DNA of 64,000 nucleotides from Amphiscolops sp. MND2022 (taxonomy: Eukaryota): positions 66,590,001 through 66,654,000 of the forward strand of contig OZ076409.1 in NCBI GenBank assembly GCA_964187785.1, given 5' to 3'. The first letter of the stretch is position 1. Each line of letters opens with the position of its first letter. Below, piece after piece: positions 24,562 to 34,379 of this stretch. The notes under the pieces are model-generated. The model was given only the letters and a program-made list of their open reading frames with translations, did not search any database and had not been told where the DNA came from. Both the position numbers and the translations under genes were made by a program.

Positions 24562-27500
24562 ATGTCTTCAAAAGCAGGTTGGTCTGGGTTTTCATATTTT
24601 TGAACTAGTTTAACTTGATCAGAGCTAAGTTTGTTCACTAATTGCTTCCTGTTTCCACTACTTGGTGAACACGTGTTGATCACGTCCGTTCAGAATTTCG
24701 AACACTTCCGGAAGTTTTCTAATGCGGCAAATGGATTTCTATCAAGGAAGCATACCGCCAAATTTCATCTCCTTCTGTTTAGAAAACCAGACAAGTGATG
24801 AGACCCAAGTCCCAGCCAACCCAAGTTTAGACAATCCTGTTGAGACTGAAGTGTCAGCTCCTCATACCTCTGTTCTAACGCAATCCCAAGAGACCAAAGG
24901 GAGCACGGATAGCGAGGTTGACGTGACTACTTTCGCCGATGAGATGGTAGACATGATGGAGAAAGCCCAGACGGCAATTGCTCGCTCCCCAGATGGTACT
25001 GCCACTGTCACTTCTACTGGTGCTGATGACCGAACTCAGGAGAGGACTGAAACATTAGTCCAGGAACTAGTCAGGACAAGTACCCCAACGCTCCCCGATG
25101 AGGAAGTGTTGACCCAGTGTAACTTGTCTGCATTGGAGTCTGCACTCAGAGTAGCCACCTCGTCCAATTCCCAGCTCCCAGAACTTGTGGCCGTTGTAGC
25201 GTCACCTCCCAATGATGAAACTCTAACCAGGGCGCAATCTGGAGATGATAATGAATCCTCAGTGTACGAAGTCCCTGCTCTACCCATTGAGAAGCCCAAA
25301 GTCCACTATCTTACGGATTTCAGTGGGAGTGAGCAAACTGCAGATGAAAATAGCTTAGCAGGATGCCCTCCTTTGTACGGAACCAACCCACTGGAGATTG
25401 AGTCAGGAGCTGAAGCAGGGAGTGAGACCGGCATCAATCCCTCACATTCGATGCTCAGTAACCAAGACGGTGTGCCCCAGAGACGGCAAGATGACAGGCT
25501 TCCTGAATTATCAGGTAGAACTCGCGCCATCCTCAAAACCTACTTTGATGATGCACAGCCATTCTCTTTGCCCCTCGGACATCCAACTGTGGCTTTTACT
25601 GAGCCACAGATGTATCACCTCCTAAGGTCCCTCACTGACGAGACTATCCGAATGTCTTATACCACGATGGAGCGAATGGTGTTGGACGCAGTAAAGGGCA
25701 CCCCGACCGTGGCCCCGTCAAGGACCAGTCACTTCCAGAGCAGAGTTCGAGCCCCCACTCCCTTTGGATGCAGTGAATCAAGTGACGATGAAACTGATAA
25801 TCTCACTGGGGCCTGTCCCATAGCTGGTTCCTCGTCTGGAGCGGAAGGCACTGATACATCCGCTGGGTTCGAAGACAGCGATAGTTCCGGAGAGATGGCT
25901 CTGATCACTGAGACATTCAAGAAGAATCTCACGACGGATCTAGGACCAAATCCCACGCAGCAGTCCGGGAGCCAGTCCCAACAAGAAGAGCCTGGCCAAT
26001 CAGGCTTCAGCAGCCAAGATGCCACGTTGCTGGAAGTCCGCGATGAGGCTCTGGAACGCAAATCCAGAACAACTGCCAAGACGCAGAGGCAGAAACGCAT
26101 CAAGCGCACCACCCACAGAGGAGTCCCCATGCGTGAAGAATTTTTTGCAAAAATTGGTTGGACAAGGTCCTTCATTTCTGGACCCGCGGACCCTATCCAC
26201 AATCCTCTGATGGTTTGGTGTCACATTTGCAAAAGAAACTTTTCCATCCGCAGCAAAGGCACCATGGAAATCCTAAGGCACCACCGTTCAGAGAGGCATC
26301 TAAGAAAGGATCAGAGGTGGCGATATGAGCATCTAAAGAGTGTTGATCCCGTCACCAAGCAAGTCCAGCATCGTGTAAGAGGACGAAACGGAAAGCTTCT
26401 GAATAAGATTGAGTTAGCCAGAGAACTCCCACGTTTCATCCATTCGGAACTAGTGGACATCGGGGAACGATTCCCCTTTTATGACGATTTTATCCAGGGA
26501 CGGACCACTGCCATAGTCACCCCAGAGTCCAGGTCCAGGACCCAATTGGGCATCGTCATTGACTTCCTCAAGGACCACGGCGATTTTGCGATGCTACGCA
26601 ATCTATGGGCACGCCTTAGTTCATTCACAGACTACCAAGCTACTCTCTGTGACTTCGACTGGGGGGAAGAACGTATGACGGTAAGTTTTTATTTTCCCTA
26701 CTTGTAGGTTGACTCAATCTATTCTGCATTTTTGAAACATTCGTCTGTTTTCCAGACAATCTTCCAGCACCTGTTCAATTGCGCTATGAGCGAAATAGCG
26801 GAGTGCGTGGCTGCAGAACAGTGCTTTGCCATAGAATTTGAAGACAGCAATGTCAACCGCTTCATGTCCCTTCGGTTCTGGAAGGGGACTGAATTGTGTC
26901 GCGTCCTCGTCTGTCGCAGCGAGCTACCCTCTTCGGAATTGTCAGGAGAACTAGGGTCTCTCTCACGGCTCCTATCTGCAGTCTCCACCAATTGCGACGT
27001 GGTGGCTTGTTCTGGCTGCCCCGTTGACTTTGTTAGGACAATCGACCATTCCCCACTCTTCTCAAGAGCAGTGCAGGCGTCCTTCCGGTTTGAGACCTTG
27101 TCCCTCTCCAGACTGATGCACAAACCCAGTTATAGCGTCTTCGGGCATATCGACTTCTTTTCGGTCCTTCATGCCTTAGTCATCACCCTGGGTGGATCTC
27201 TCTCTGAGGATTGGGTACTGCAGAGCCCCACCTTATCTCAGGTAATCACTTTCCGATTATGGTAGGAATGTTGTACCTTGGACAGATAAGAGGCCCTGGT
27301 TATTTCCTTTACGGACACTAATACAATACGTTATTTAGGCCATAACTTCATGCAAATTGGATCTTCCCACTCTTCCTGTCCTATGTCAGGAACTCATCAT
27401 CGCCTGGAAGTCCGTTGTGCGCTACCTAACGGAACACTCACCCCGACAACAAGGACAGGGGGTTCGAACGAGAGTAAGTCCACTAAGAGATTGGTTTTCC

Positions 27501-28898
27501 TTCCCCTTAGGTCCCAACGTTAAATTTCGGTACCTTTCAAAATGTCCTCATAATTCAGGCTAACTGATATTTTCCCATTACAGGCACAGAGCTTTGAGTG
27601 GACCCTCATCTGTGATGAGTTCTTCACCATCAAATTGGAATTCTTTTGCAAGCTCGTCAGTGACTGTTAGTATCACTACTTAGCCTCCTCTAGGACGTGT
27701 CTTTAACTCATATATAAGGTCCGCCTTTGTTGTAGATACTTCCAGTTTTGCGGTCAACCTGCAACAGCGACGAGATGGGTCCTTCTTCCTGTGTGGTGAG
27801 GTCTCTCGTTATATACATCAACTCTGTTTCCGGATCTACACCGCTGATACAGTCCCATTGGAAAATGCATGGTTCCAGCTCCTCAATTTCCGTACTTCAG
27901 ACGGAGTTTTCATCCCCGAGGCGGAGTTTCTGGCTCGTCTCAAGATCACCAACAAGGTCGCAACAGCCAGTAAGCAGAGGTCAGAAGGGGTCCATTCTGG
28001 TCAAAAGACTGAGCGTTCCGTAATCCAGAAGACAGCGGAGGCAATCAAGTCGAAGTTTGTCCAAGACGGGCAAAACTACCTGAAGTACTTATTGGGAGAG
28101 GTCCTCCATGAACCCGGTCTTAGCTCTAACATCATCAAAGGTCTGGCTGCTTTTGATCCAACTGTCATGCTCAAGAGGCCAATCGACATTGCTCTTAAGC
28201 ACTTTGAGTTGTTATACAGCACTTTCCTCCTCCGCTCTTGGGTCCTCGAGGCCGATGAGTCAGCTTGTCGGGATGATTATTTGGCTCTTCTCGATCATCT
28301 CCGAGGGAATTACCCCCCTACCTATGACGTCACCAGTGCCTCTCGAGACTTGATTGAATTCATGATGACCTTGGACTTCCTTCAGTCACGGGAGCGGCTT
28401 GTTTATTTGTTTAAGCTTTGCTGTCTGTGTGCAACCTCTGTTACCCCTACTTATCCAGTAGTAACTGCCGGGAGTGTGAGTACGGCGGGTCACCGAGGCA
28501 GATTTACCGATGTTATTCTGCCTGTCCAGAGTTATATAAGCTCAGTTCCTGGATCAGCCGCTTTCTGTTGTAATGAAGCTAATCTGTCCAAATTTTCTTT
28601 ATTCGCTTCCTCCTTTGGACGATCTGCCTTCTCAGCCGATTACGACCCTTGGGCGTACGTTGACGATTTTGGCCGCTCCAAAATTTACAAATCGCTGCTG
28701 TCCACCTACAAATCCATTCTCTCAGTGCCTAAGGCAGTTTCCACTGAGGCAGGAACCAGGGGCGACGATAGTGTCGCCGATGAATGTGCTCTGAAAGCCC
28801 CCAGCGCTAGCAAGCGCAGGAGGATGAGTCGGAGCGCTTCTCGATCTAGGACCTCTTCTGTCGTGGATGAGTGTGTCCCTAGTTCTTCTAAAAACTAA
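24562..28898 (+). CDS. Antisense spliced cargo gene of element A: BED-finger, hAT-transposase-like protein of about 1228 aa. Predicted exons 24562-24577, 24783-26680, 26756-27241, 27339-27473, 27584-27655, 27736-27795, 27879-28898
   Basis: Six GT-AG introns (205, 75, 97, 110, 80, 83 nt) whose phases join the track ORFs 24722, 26732, 27357, 27748 and 27858 into one frame. WCHIC-x16-H-x5-H zinc finger at 26216-26299. A homolog sits at the same position in element B. Exon 1 and the last two junctions are less certain. Confidence 0.75.
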
Positions 28899-29171
28899 AT
28901 GTACATATGTAATTATGTACAACCAGTTGTAAACTTTGTTGATTTCTTTCCGTTTCTGTTATATTTTTATTTCTTGTCGTTGTGTTTATTTGTATTCCAT
29001 TTGTTGCCAATTTCTTGATCCCATATTATTCCCTTGAAGGGATCATTGTCAAACGTCCCGATATTTATTCAAAAAATACCACTTTCTGGGACTGAAAAGA
29101 AAAGAAATAATGATAAAAGGAAGAGAAAAGATAGTTCGGCGTCCGTTTTCGGGCACAATTTAATCTTTCCT

Positions 29172-32100
29172 TTAGTATCTAAAGTCTTCTGAGTAGTTAG
29201 GGGTAGGATTAGGTCTGAGATTATATTTCCCAGCTCTAGGACTCAGATTTTCATTTCCTTCTTCATTTTGCGGTATTTCGGGCACGATAATATCATCCCC
29301 CCTATTTGGAGAATTTTCTGCATCTTTTTCATTCATCAAATTTCTTTCTGGAAAGTTTGCATCGTCTTTTAGTCCTTCAGCCGTATTCGGCACAGATTTT
29401 TCTTGGGTTTTTGGGGAAACGGCCGGATTTGGCCAATCAAATTCGTCATTTCTAATAGCTTCAGTAGCTTTATTTCTTTTAGTGACGTCATCAATTAATC
29501 GTTCATTCCGGCTATGCGACGCGCGGTCAGTGAAATTTGATTCGTCACTCGTGATTACATAATCAACTTCATTCTCGCTTGCGTCATTTGCGTTCGGTTC
29601 TGCCGTAGTTGGCTGTTCGTCATTTGTCAAGCTGGTCGGAATAGTCTCTCTGCCTCGTGTGTCTAGTTGTTCGCCAAAGTTTGTTTCCCACGTTATTACA
29701 TACAAGTCGTCTTGCGGAATGATTATTTCATCATCCGGCTGTAGACGCTGTTCTCGGAAATTGTCCTCAAGTGGTTGATTTGGCACAAACTTTTTGAGAC
29801 GAATTCGATGCAATATCTGCGTTTTATTTGTATTAAGCCTGCGGACAATGTAATTCTCATTAGGTAAGGTCTTCTGGACTATAAACGGTCCAACCCAACG
29901 ATAATCCCTGAATGGAATTTTTGATCCTTGATGATCCGCTTTCGGCTGTAATACAAAACAGTAATCGCCCTCTTTGAGTGGGGCGGCTTTTGCTTTTCGG
30001 TCGTAATACTCCTTATATTTGATATATGACTGCATGATGTTCTGCTTTGTTTTGTCAATAAGGAGTTTGGTCCGGTTCTGGATTTCTTCGGCAAATTCAG
30101 TAGTCGGATGGATTGGCTCATTTGGATTCATTCCAAGTTTGTGATCCAATATGTTGTATGGGATTCTCCCATGGAACACTCTTGTGGGTTCGCATCCGAT
30201 ACTGGCATGATAACTAGTGTTATGATTGAGAACTGCTAAAGGCAAATATTTATGCCATTGTCGGCGATATTCCCCACATGCCATTTTCAGGTTCGTTTTC
30301 AATGAGGCATGCGTTCGCTCTAATTTCCCGATAGTTTGCGGGTGTTTCGTCGTTGCACATTTTAGGGTAATGCCTAAAATCTGTGTAATTTCCGCAATGA
30401 TCGTGGAGGTAAAGGCAGTTCCTTTGTCCGTAATGAGCGTCGTCGGTAGGTAAGAATGTTTGGTCATAATATCAATGATTGCTTTAGCTACATTGATCGC
30501 TGATGCGTCCGTAAGAGGATAAGCAAACAAGTATCGAGAGAAGACATCAATTGCAGTTAAAACATTTTCGTATCCTCCACTTGGGGGAAGATTCGGCAAT
30601 AAGTCGATTTGCATGGCGTCTTCGGGTCCAAGGTCCCATTCCGGCAAGTTAAGTAGTTCAGGCGTGATTGTTGCGTTTGGGACTCGTTTGTCCTTTGCAC
30701 ATTGTTCACACCCTTCTACCCACTTTTTGACATGTTTTGCCATGTTAGGGTAATAATACTTTTGTCTGATTTCCTGCAACATTTTTGAAATCCCGGGATG
30801 TTTATGCGCTGTCCCATGAAGGGAGTGGAGCACTTCCCGGAGTAGGTGTTGCGGGAGCAAAATTTGATGGTATTTAACATTCCCTGTTTCATCAAAATAT
30901 TGCCTTGTCAGGATTTCGTCTTTGAGTACGATTCGCTCCAGATTATTTGCATAGTGTCTATATCGAGCATCTTGTTGCAGTATGTTTTCTGAATAATCTT
31001 CATGAAGGAGTTTCGCCTTCAATTGTTGTAATACTGTATCTTTGGATTGCTCAATGATGATCTGGTTCATTTTCCTCAATCGGACTTGTACATCGGGGTG
31101 TTGCTTGACCAGATTTGTTGATAAAGTTTGTATAGTAACGGTGGGCTCATCAATTGCTGGGTTTTTCCTGATTGCTTCTTTCCTTGCCCAAGCCTGTTCC
31201 TCTGTCTCATCGTCGTCATTGGTGTAGAAGATTTGTTCTTCTTGCGACACCCCTGCGGATTGGACATTGATTTCAATTGGTAAAGTTTGTACGTCCTCAC
31301 GGATTTTCATGACTAATTTATCCTTCGGGTCTGCCTCCAATCGGGACAAATAGTCAGCTGCTGTATTCTGTGCCCCCGGGATGTGTGCTATGACAAAATT
31401 GAACTGAATCACATAATCACATGCATTCCACAGGGCTGGGGGTATTATTTTCGTTTGGAAAAATCTCGTGACCGCTTTGTTGTCCGTAAGGATGATGACC
31501 GGTTTCGGCGCACCCCAGAATATATGTCCGAATTCTTTGAATGCAAAGTAAATTGCAAGGAATTCTTTTGCATAAATTGACATCTTTATCTGGGCTGGGG
31601 TGAAAATTTTTGATCCGTATGCGACTGGTGCATACGATTTCCTGAGTGACGTGAATTTCTGGTTCGGGTCATCTTCGATTAAGACCGCGTATCCGGCTGC
31701 ACCAAAACTTGCGTCAGTCATTAGTGCTATTTGTTTGTTCGGAATGGGTTGTTGTAATGCCAAGTCGCAACATTTGTCAAGTGCTTTGTTGATTTCCTCG
31801 AATTGTTGGACCAATTCTTTCGATACCAGGACCTTTTCGTCACTCTTTAGCATCTTGTAGAATGGTGCAAGGCGTTCTGAAAGTCTTGGGACATAGTTTC
31901 TGTAGTAATTCAAGAATCCCAAGTAGCGCTGCAAAGCCTTTTTCGACTTTGGGAACTTGGTCTTTTCCAGAAAGTTTTGCACGTTTTGTTTCTGGGGTTT
32001 GACGCCTTGCGGGGTAATAGTCCGTCCGAGAAAATCAATTTCTTTGGCACCAAAGTGACATTTATGCATTGTCAATTTAAGGCCTGCTTCCTGAATGCAT

Positions 32101-34379
32101 TTGAATGTAGCCCTCAGGTTAGCTATGAGGTGGTCAGCATCATTTGCTGCGATGCCTATATCGTCCACGTACTGGGCACACTGATCCGCTTTGATGACTT
32201 TGTCCAGGTATTCTCTCATAAAACTCGAGAATGCGGATAGTGACCGGCTAAGGCCTTGTGCCAGACGTCTGTAGGCGAATGTGCGACTGGCAAAATTGAA
32301 AGCCAACATTTCAATTGAACGTTGGTCGGCCATTGGTAGACAATGGTATGCCTGCGAACAGTCTAATTTACAGAAGAGTTTTTTGCCTGCCAAGTGTTGG
32401 GCAGCATCAACCAAGGTGCTTACAGGGTGATTATTGTTTATATAATCATCCGAGATGAGGTTGTTGATTTTCCTCAGGTCAACCAAAAGTCGTAGCTTTC
32501 CATTTGGTTTCTTTTGGGCGAATATTGGGCTGGCATACTTGGAGAACGGTAAAGTGGTGATGATGCCATATTTGTGTAACATGGCTAATTCAACTAGGAT
32601 GTCCTCCTTCAAATTGATAGGAGCTGGAAGACTTTGACTATAGGCTGGGGAATCGTCCTTAGGTGTCAGTTTCACCTTGAAGTCCTCTTTCATGCCTATA
32701 TCGAATCGGTGTCGTGCAAAGATGTCGTGAAATTCCACTAACAATTCCTCTATTTTCTCCTTCTCTTCAGGAGTAAGGGTGGAATCTTTCCAGTCAAAGT
32801 TTTCTAAGAATTTTGCACGTGATTCTTCGTCTTTTGTGGGGTCAAGAGTCTCTAGGTCTTGTAGGGCTTGTAATTCTTGAAGGATTCGTTTTTGTATGGG
32901 TGTGTGTTCCTCAGGATTTCCAGGGTTTTCTGGAGTTGGGAACCAGTAATTTTCAGTGTTTTGTGGGTTTCTGTTTGTCTTGATCAGGCTACTGACGTAA
33001 TGGGCTGCTTGTTCTTGGTCGGTTTGTAACAAATGCCAGGTTGATGCCGGGTCTACCGGTTTGACGTATTTCATTTGCTCTGGCGTCATGACAGAGAAAT
33101 TGGCAATATGTAATCCCTTTTTGAGTTTATAGGGGTGGTCTGTGAAATTATTCACAGGTATCGATATGTTGCCATCATTCAGAGTGACCAAGGCTGGGCA
33201 AAAGGTGATGTCGCCTTCTTCATGTAGAAGGTCGCTCGGTTGTAAAATCCCAGTGACAGCATTTTCAGGATACAGTAGGGAATTGGTCCTAATTAGGACT
33301 CTGTCGTTTGGCGGAATGGTTATTTCAGTGGGGTTGAGAATTGGTTCTAGTACATTTGAATATTTATGATCAGCTGTTTTGAGCTGCATTGAAAAGAATG
33401 GGAAGTTTAGTATTCCTTGTCTCATGTCCAGGACTGTATGATTTCGTTGAAGGAACATTAGTCCAATGATCGGACCTGTCAGGTGTTCCATGACTATGAA
33501 AATCTCGTGAAACTCGATGTCACCAACTTCAAATTTGAGCTCTATGGTACTCTTGGGAGTTTCCAATTGCCCATTAGCGACCATTATTTGGAAATTCGGA
33601 GGCGGGCCCTCCCGGATAACAGATTGTGGAGATAAAAGTCGGATTTTCCGGAGGTCCATTTCAGGATTTGCACTGGACAGCGCTCCAGTGTCGATGAGTC
33701 CATCTATGGTCAATTCTCCAAAGTCCATTGGGAAATACAACATGCGTTTCTTGCATTTGAGATTGATGTTGGTTGACAAAGGTATACAGTCTGGTTCGCC
33801 GTCCCTTGTGATTAGGACATTTTGGAATTGTTTCTCGTCTAGTAGTGATTGTTGTATGGGCTCAGTATTGTTGTCATGGTTCTCGGTCCCCAATGGGTTT
33901 GGGAATACCGGGTGGCGTGTACCATCATTCATCTGCCATGTTTCAATCAATGCTCTGGTTTTCTTGTTATGGGTGATTGGTGGATTGTCATGGACTGATC
34001 TGTTATAGAGTTCTATATCATCAATAACGTATTGGAATTGCAACAAATCCTGGTTATAAAGTTCGGTGTCCCAATAGGGATCTCGTCCATAGTCAGGATC
34101 TATGTAGGTAGGATTGTAGTCATCTACCAAGGGAATGGGCCTGAATCGGCTATTGAAAACAGATGTGTAATCAGGGTCCCATACAGGAATTGGTTTTTGG
34201 AACAAATGGGTATTATTATAGGTAATAATGGTAGCTTTTTCCATCTGTTGCTGCCAGACAACAGAAGGGTAGCCCATCAGTTGCTGCTGATAGTTATGAA
34301 AGCTCTGAGTTGGAGGGTCCGATTTGATGTATTGTCGGACAGAGACTAATTGGTTATATTGGAGTCGTGGCGAAGTTAG
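29172..34379 (-). CDS. pol: Pol polyprotein of element A (protease, dUTPase-like region, RT, RNase H, integrase with GPF motif)
   Basis: LIDTGA, YVDD, MTDAS, HHCC finger, QIDL/TDKG/LERTH and WVGPF motifs. The frame is open upstream of ATG 34277 back to the slippery site. Confidence 0.95.
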   Translation of the reverse strand, partial: LTSPRLQYNQLVSVRQYIKSDPPTQSFHNYQQQLMGYPSVVWQQQMEKATIITYNNTHLFQKPIPVWDPDYTSVFNSRFRPIPLVDDYNPTYIDPDYGRDPYWDTELYNQDLLQFQYVIDDIELYNRSVHDNPPITHNKKTRALIETWQMNDGTRHPVFPNPLGTENHDNNTEPIQQSLLDEKQFQNVLITRDGEPDCIPLSTNINLKCKKRMLYFPMDFGELTIDGLIDTGALSSANPEMDLRKIRLLSPQSVIREGPPPNFQIMVANGQLETPKSTIELKFEVGDIEFHEIFIVMEHLTGPIIGLMFLQRNHTVLDMRQGILNFPFFSMQLKTADHKYSNVLEPILNPTEITIPPNDRVLIRTNSLLYPENAVTGILQPSDLLHEEGDITFCPALVTLNDGNISIPVNNFTDHPYKLKKGLHIANFSVMTPEQMKYVKPVDPASTWHLLQTDQEQAAHYVSSLIKTNRNPQNTENYWFPTPENPGNPEEHTPIQKRILQELQALQDLETLDPTKDEESRAKFLENFDWKDSTLTPEEKEKIEELLVEFHDIFARHRFDIGMKEDFKVKLTPKDDSPAYSQSLPAPINLKEDILVELAMLHKYGIITTLPFSKYASPIFAQKKPNGKLRLLVDLRKINNLISDDYINNNHPVSTLVDAAQHLAGKKLFCKLDCSQAYHCLPMADQRSIEMLAFNFASRTFAYRRLAQGLSRSLSAFSSFMREYLDKVIKADQCAQYVDDIGIAANDADHLIANLRATFKCIQEAGLKLTMHKCHFGAKEIDFLGRTITPQGVKPQKQNVQNFLEKTKFPKSKKALQRYLGFLNYYRNYVPRLSERLAPFYKMLKSDEKVLVSKELVQQFEEINKALDKCCDLALQQPIPNKQIALMTDASFGAAGYAVLIEDDPNQKFTSLRKSYAPVAYGSKIFTPAQIKMSIYAKEFLAIYFAFKEFGHIFWGAPKPVIILTDNKAVTRFFQTKIIPPALWNACDYVIQFNFVIAHIPGAQNTAADYLSRLEADPKDKLVMKIREDVQTLPIEINVQSAGVSQEEQIFYTNDDDETEEQAWARKEAIRKNPAIDEPTVTIQTLSTNLVKQHPDVQVRLRKMNQIIIEQSKDTVLQQLKAKLLHEDYSENILQQDARYRHYANNLERIVLKDEILTRQYFDETGNVKYHQILLPQHLLREVLHSLHGTAHKHPGISKMLQEIRQKYYYPNMAKHVKKWVEGCEQCAKDKRVPNATITPELLNLPEWDLGPEDAMQIDLLPNLPPSGGYENVLTAIDVFSRYLFAYPLTDASAINVAKAIIDIMTKHSYLPTTLITDKGTAFTSTIIAEITQILGITLKCATTKHPQTIGKLERTHASLKTNLKMACGEYRRQWHKYLPLAVLNHNTSYHASIGCEPTRVFHGRIPYNILDHKLGMNPNEPIHPTTEFAEEIQNRTKLLIDKTKQNIMQSYIKYKEYYDRKAKAAPLKEGDYCFVLQPKADHQGSKIPFRDYRWVGPFIVQKTLPNENYIVRRLNTNKTQILHRIRLKKFVPNQPLEDNFREQRLQPDDEIIIPQDDLYVITWETNFGEQLDTRGRETIPTSLTNDEQPTTAEPNANDASENEVDYVITSDESNFTDRASHSRNERLIDDVTKRNKATEAIRNDEFDWPNPAVSPKTQEKSVPNTAEGLKDDANFPERNLMNEKDAENSPNRGDDIIVPEIPQNEEGNENLSPRAGKYNLRPNPTPNYSEDFRY

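Noticed and set aside
22821..28898. Possible env gene in the extra region of element A
   Set aside because: No evident signal peptide, fusion peptide or TM anchor. The large gene is antisense and looks nuclear.
24300..29000. Nested autonomous hAT transposon
   Set aside because: No TIRs or 8-bp TSD seen, catalytic motifs appear absent, and the same gene occupies the same position in element B.
33517..34008. Antisense ORFs shared by both pol genes
   Set aside because: Explained as shadows of the conserved pol codons.
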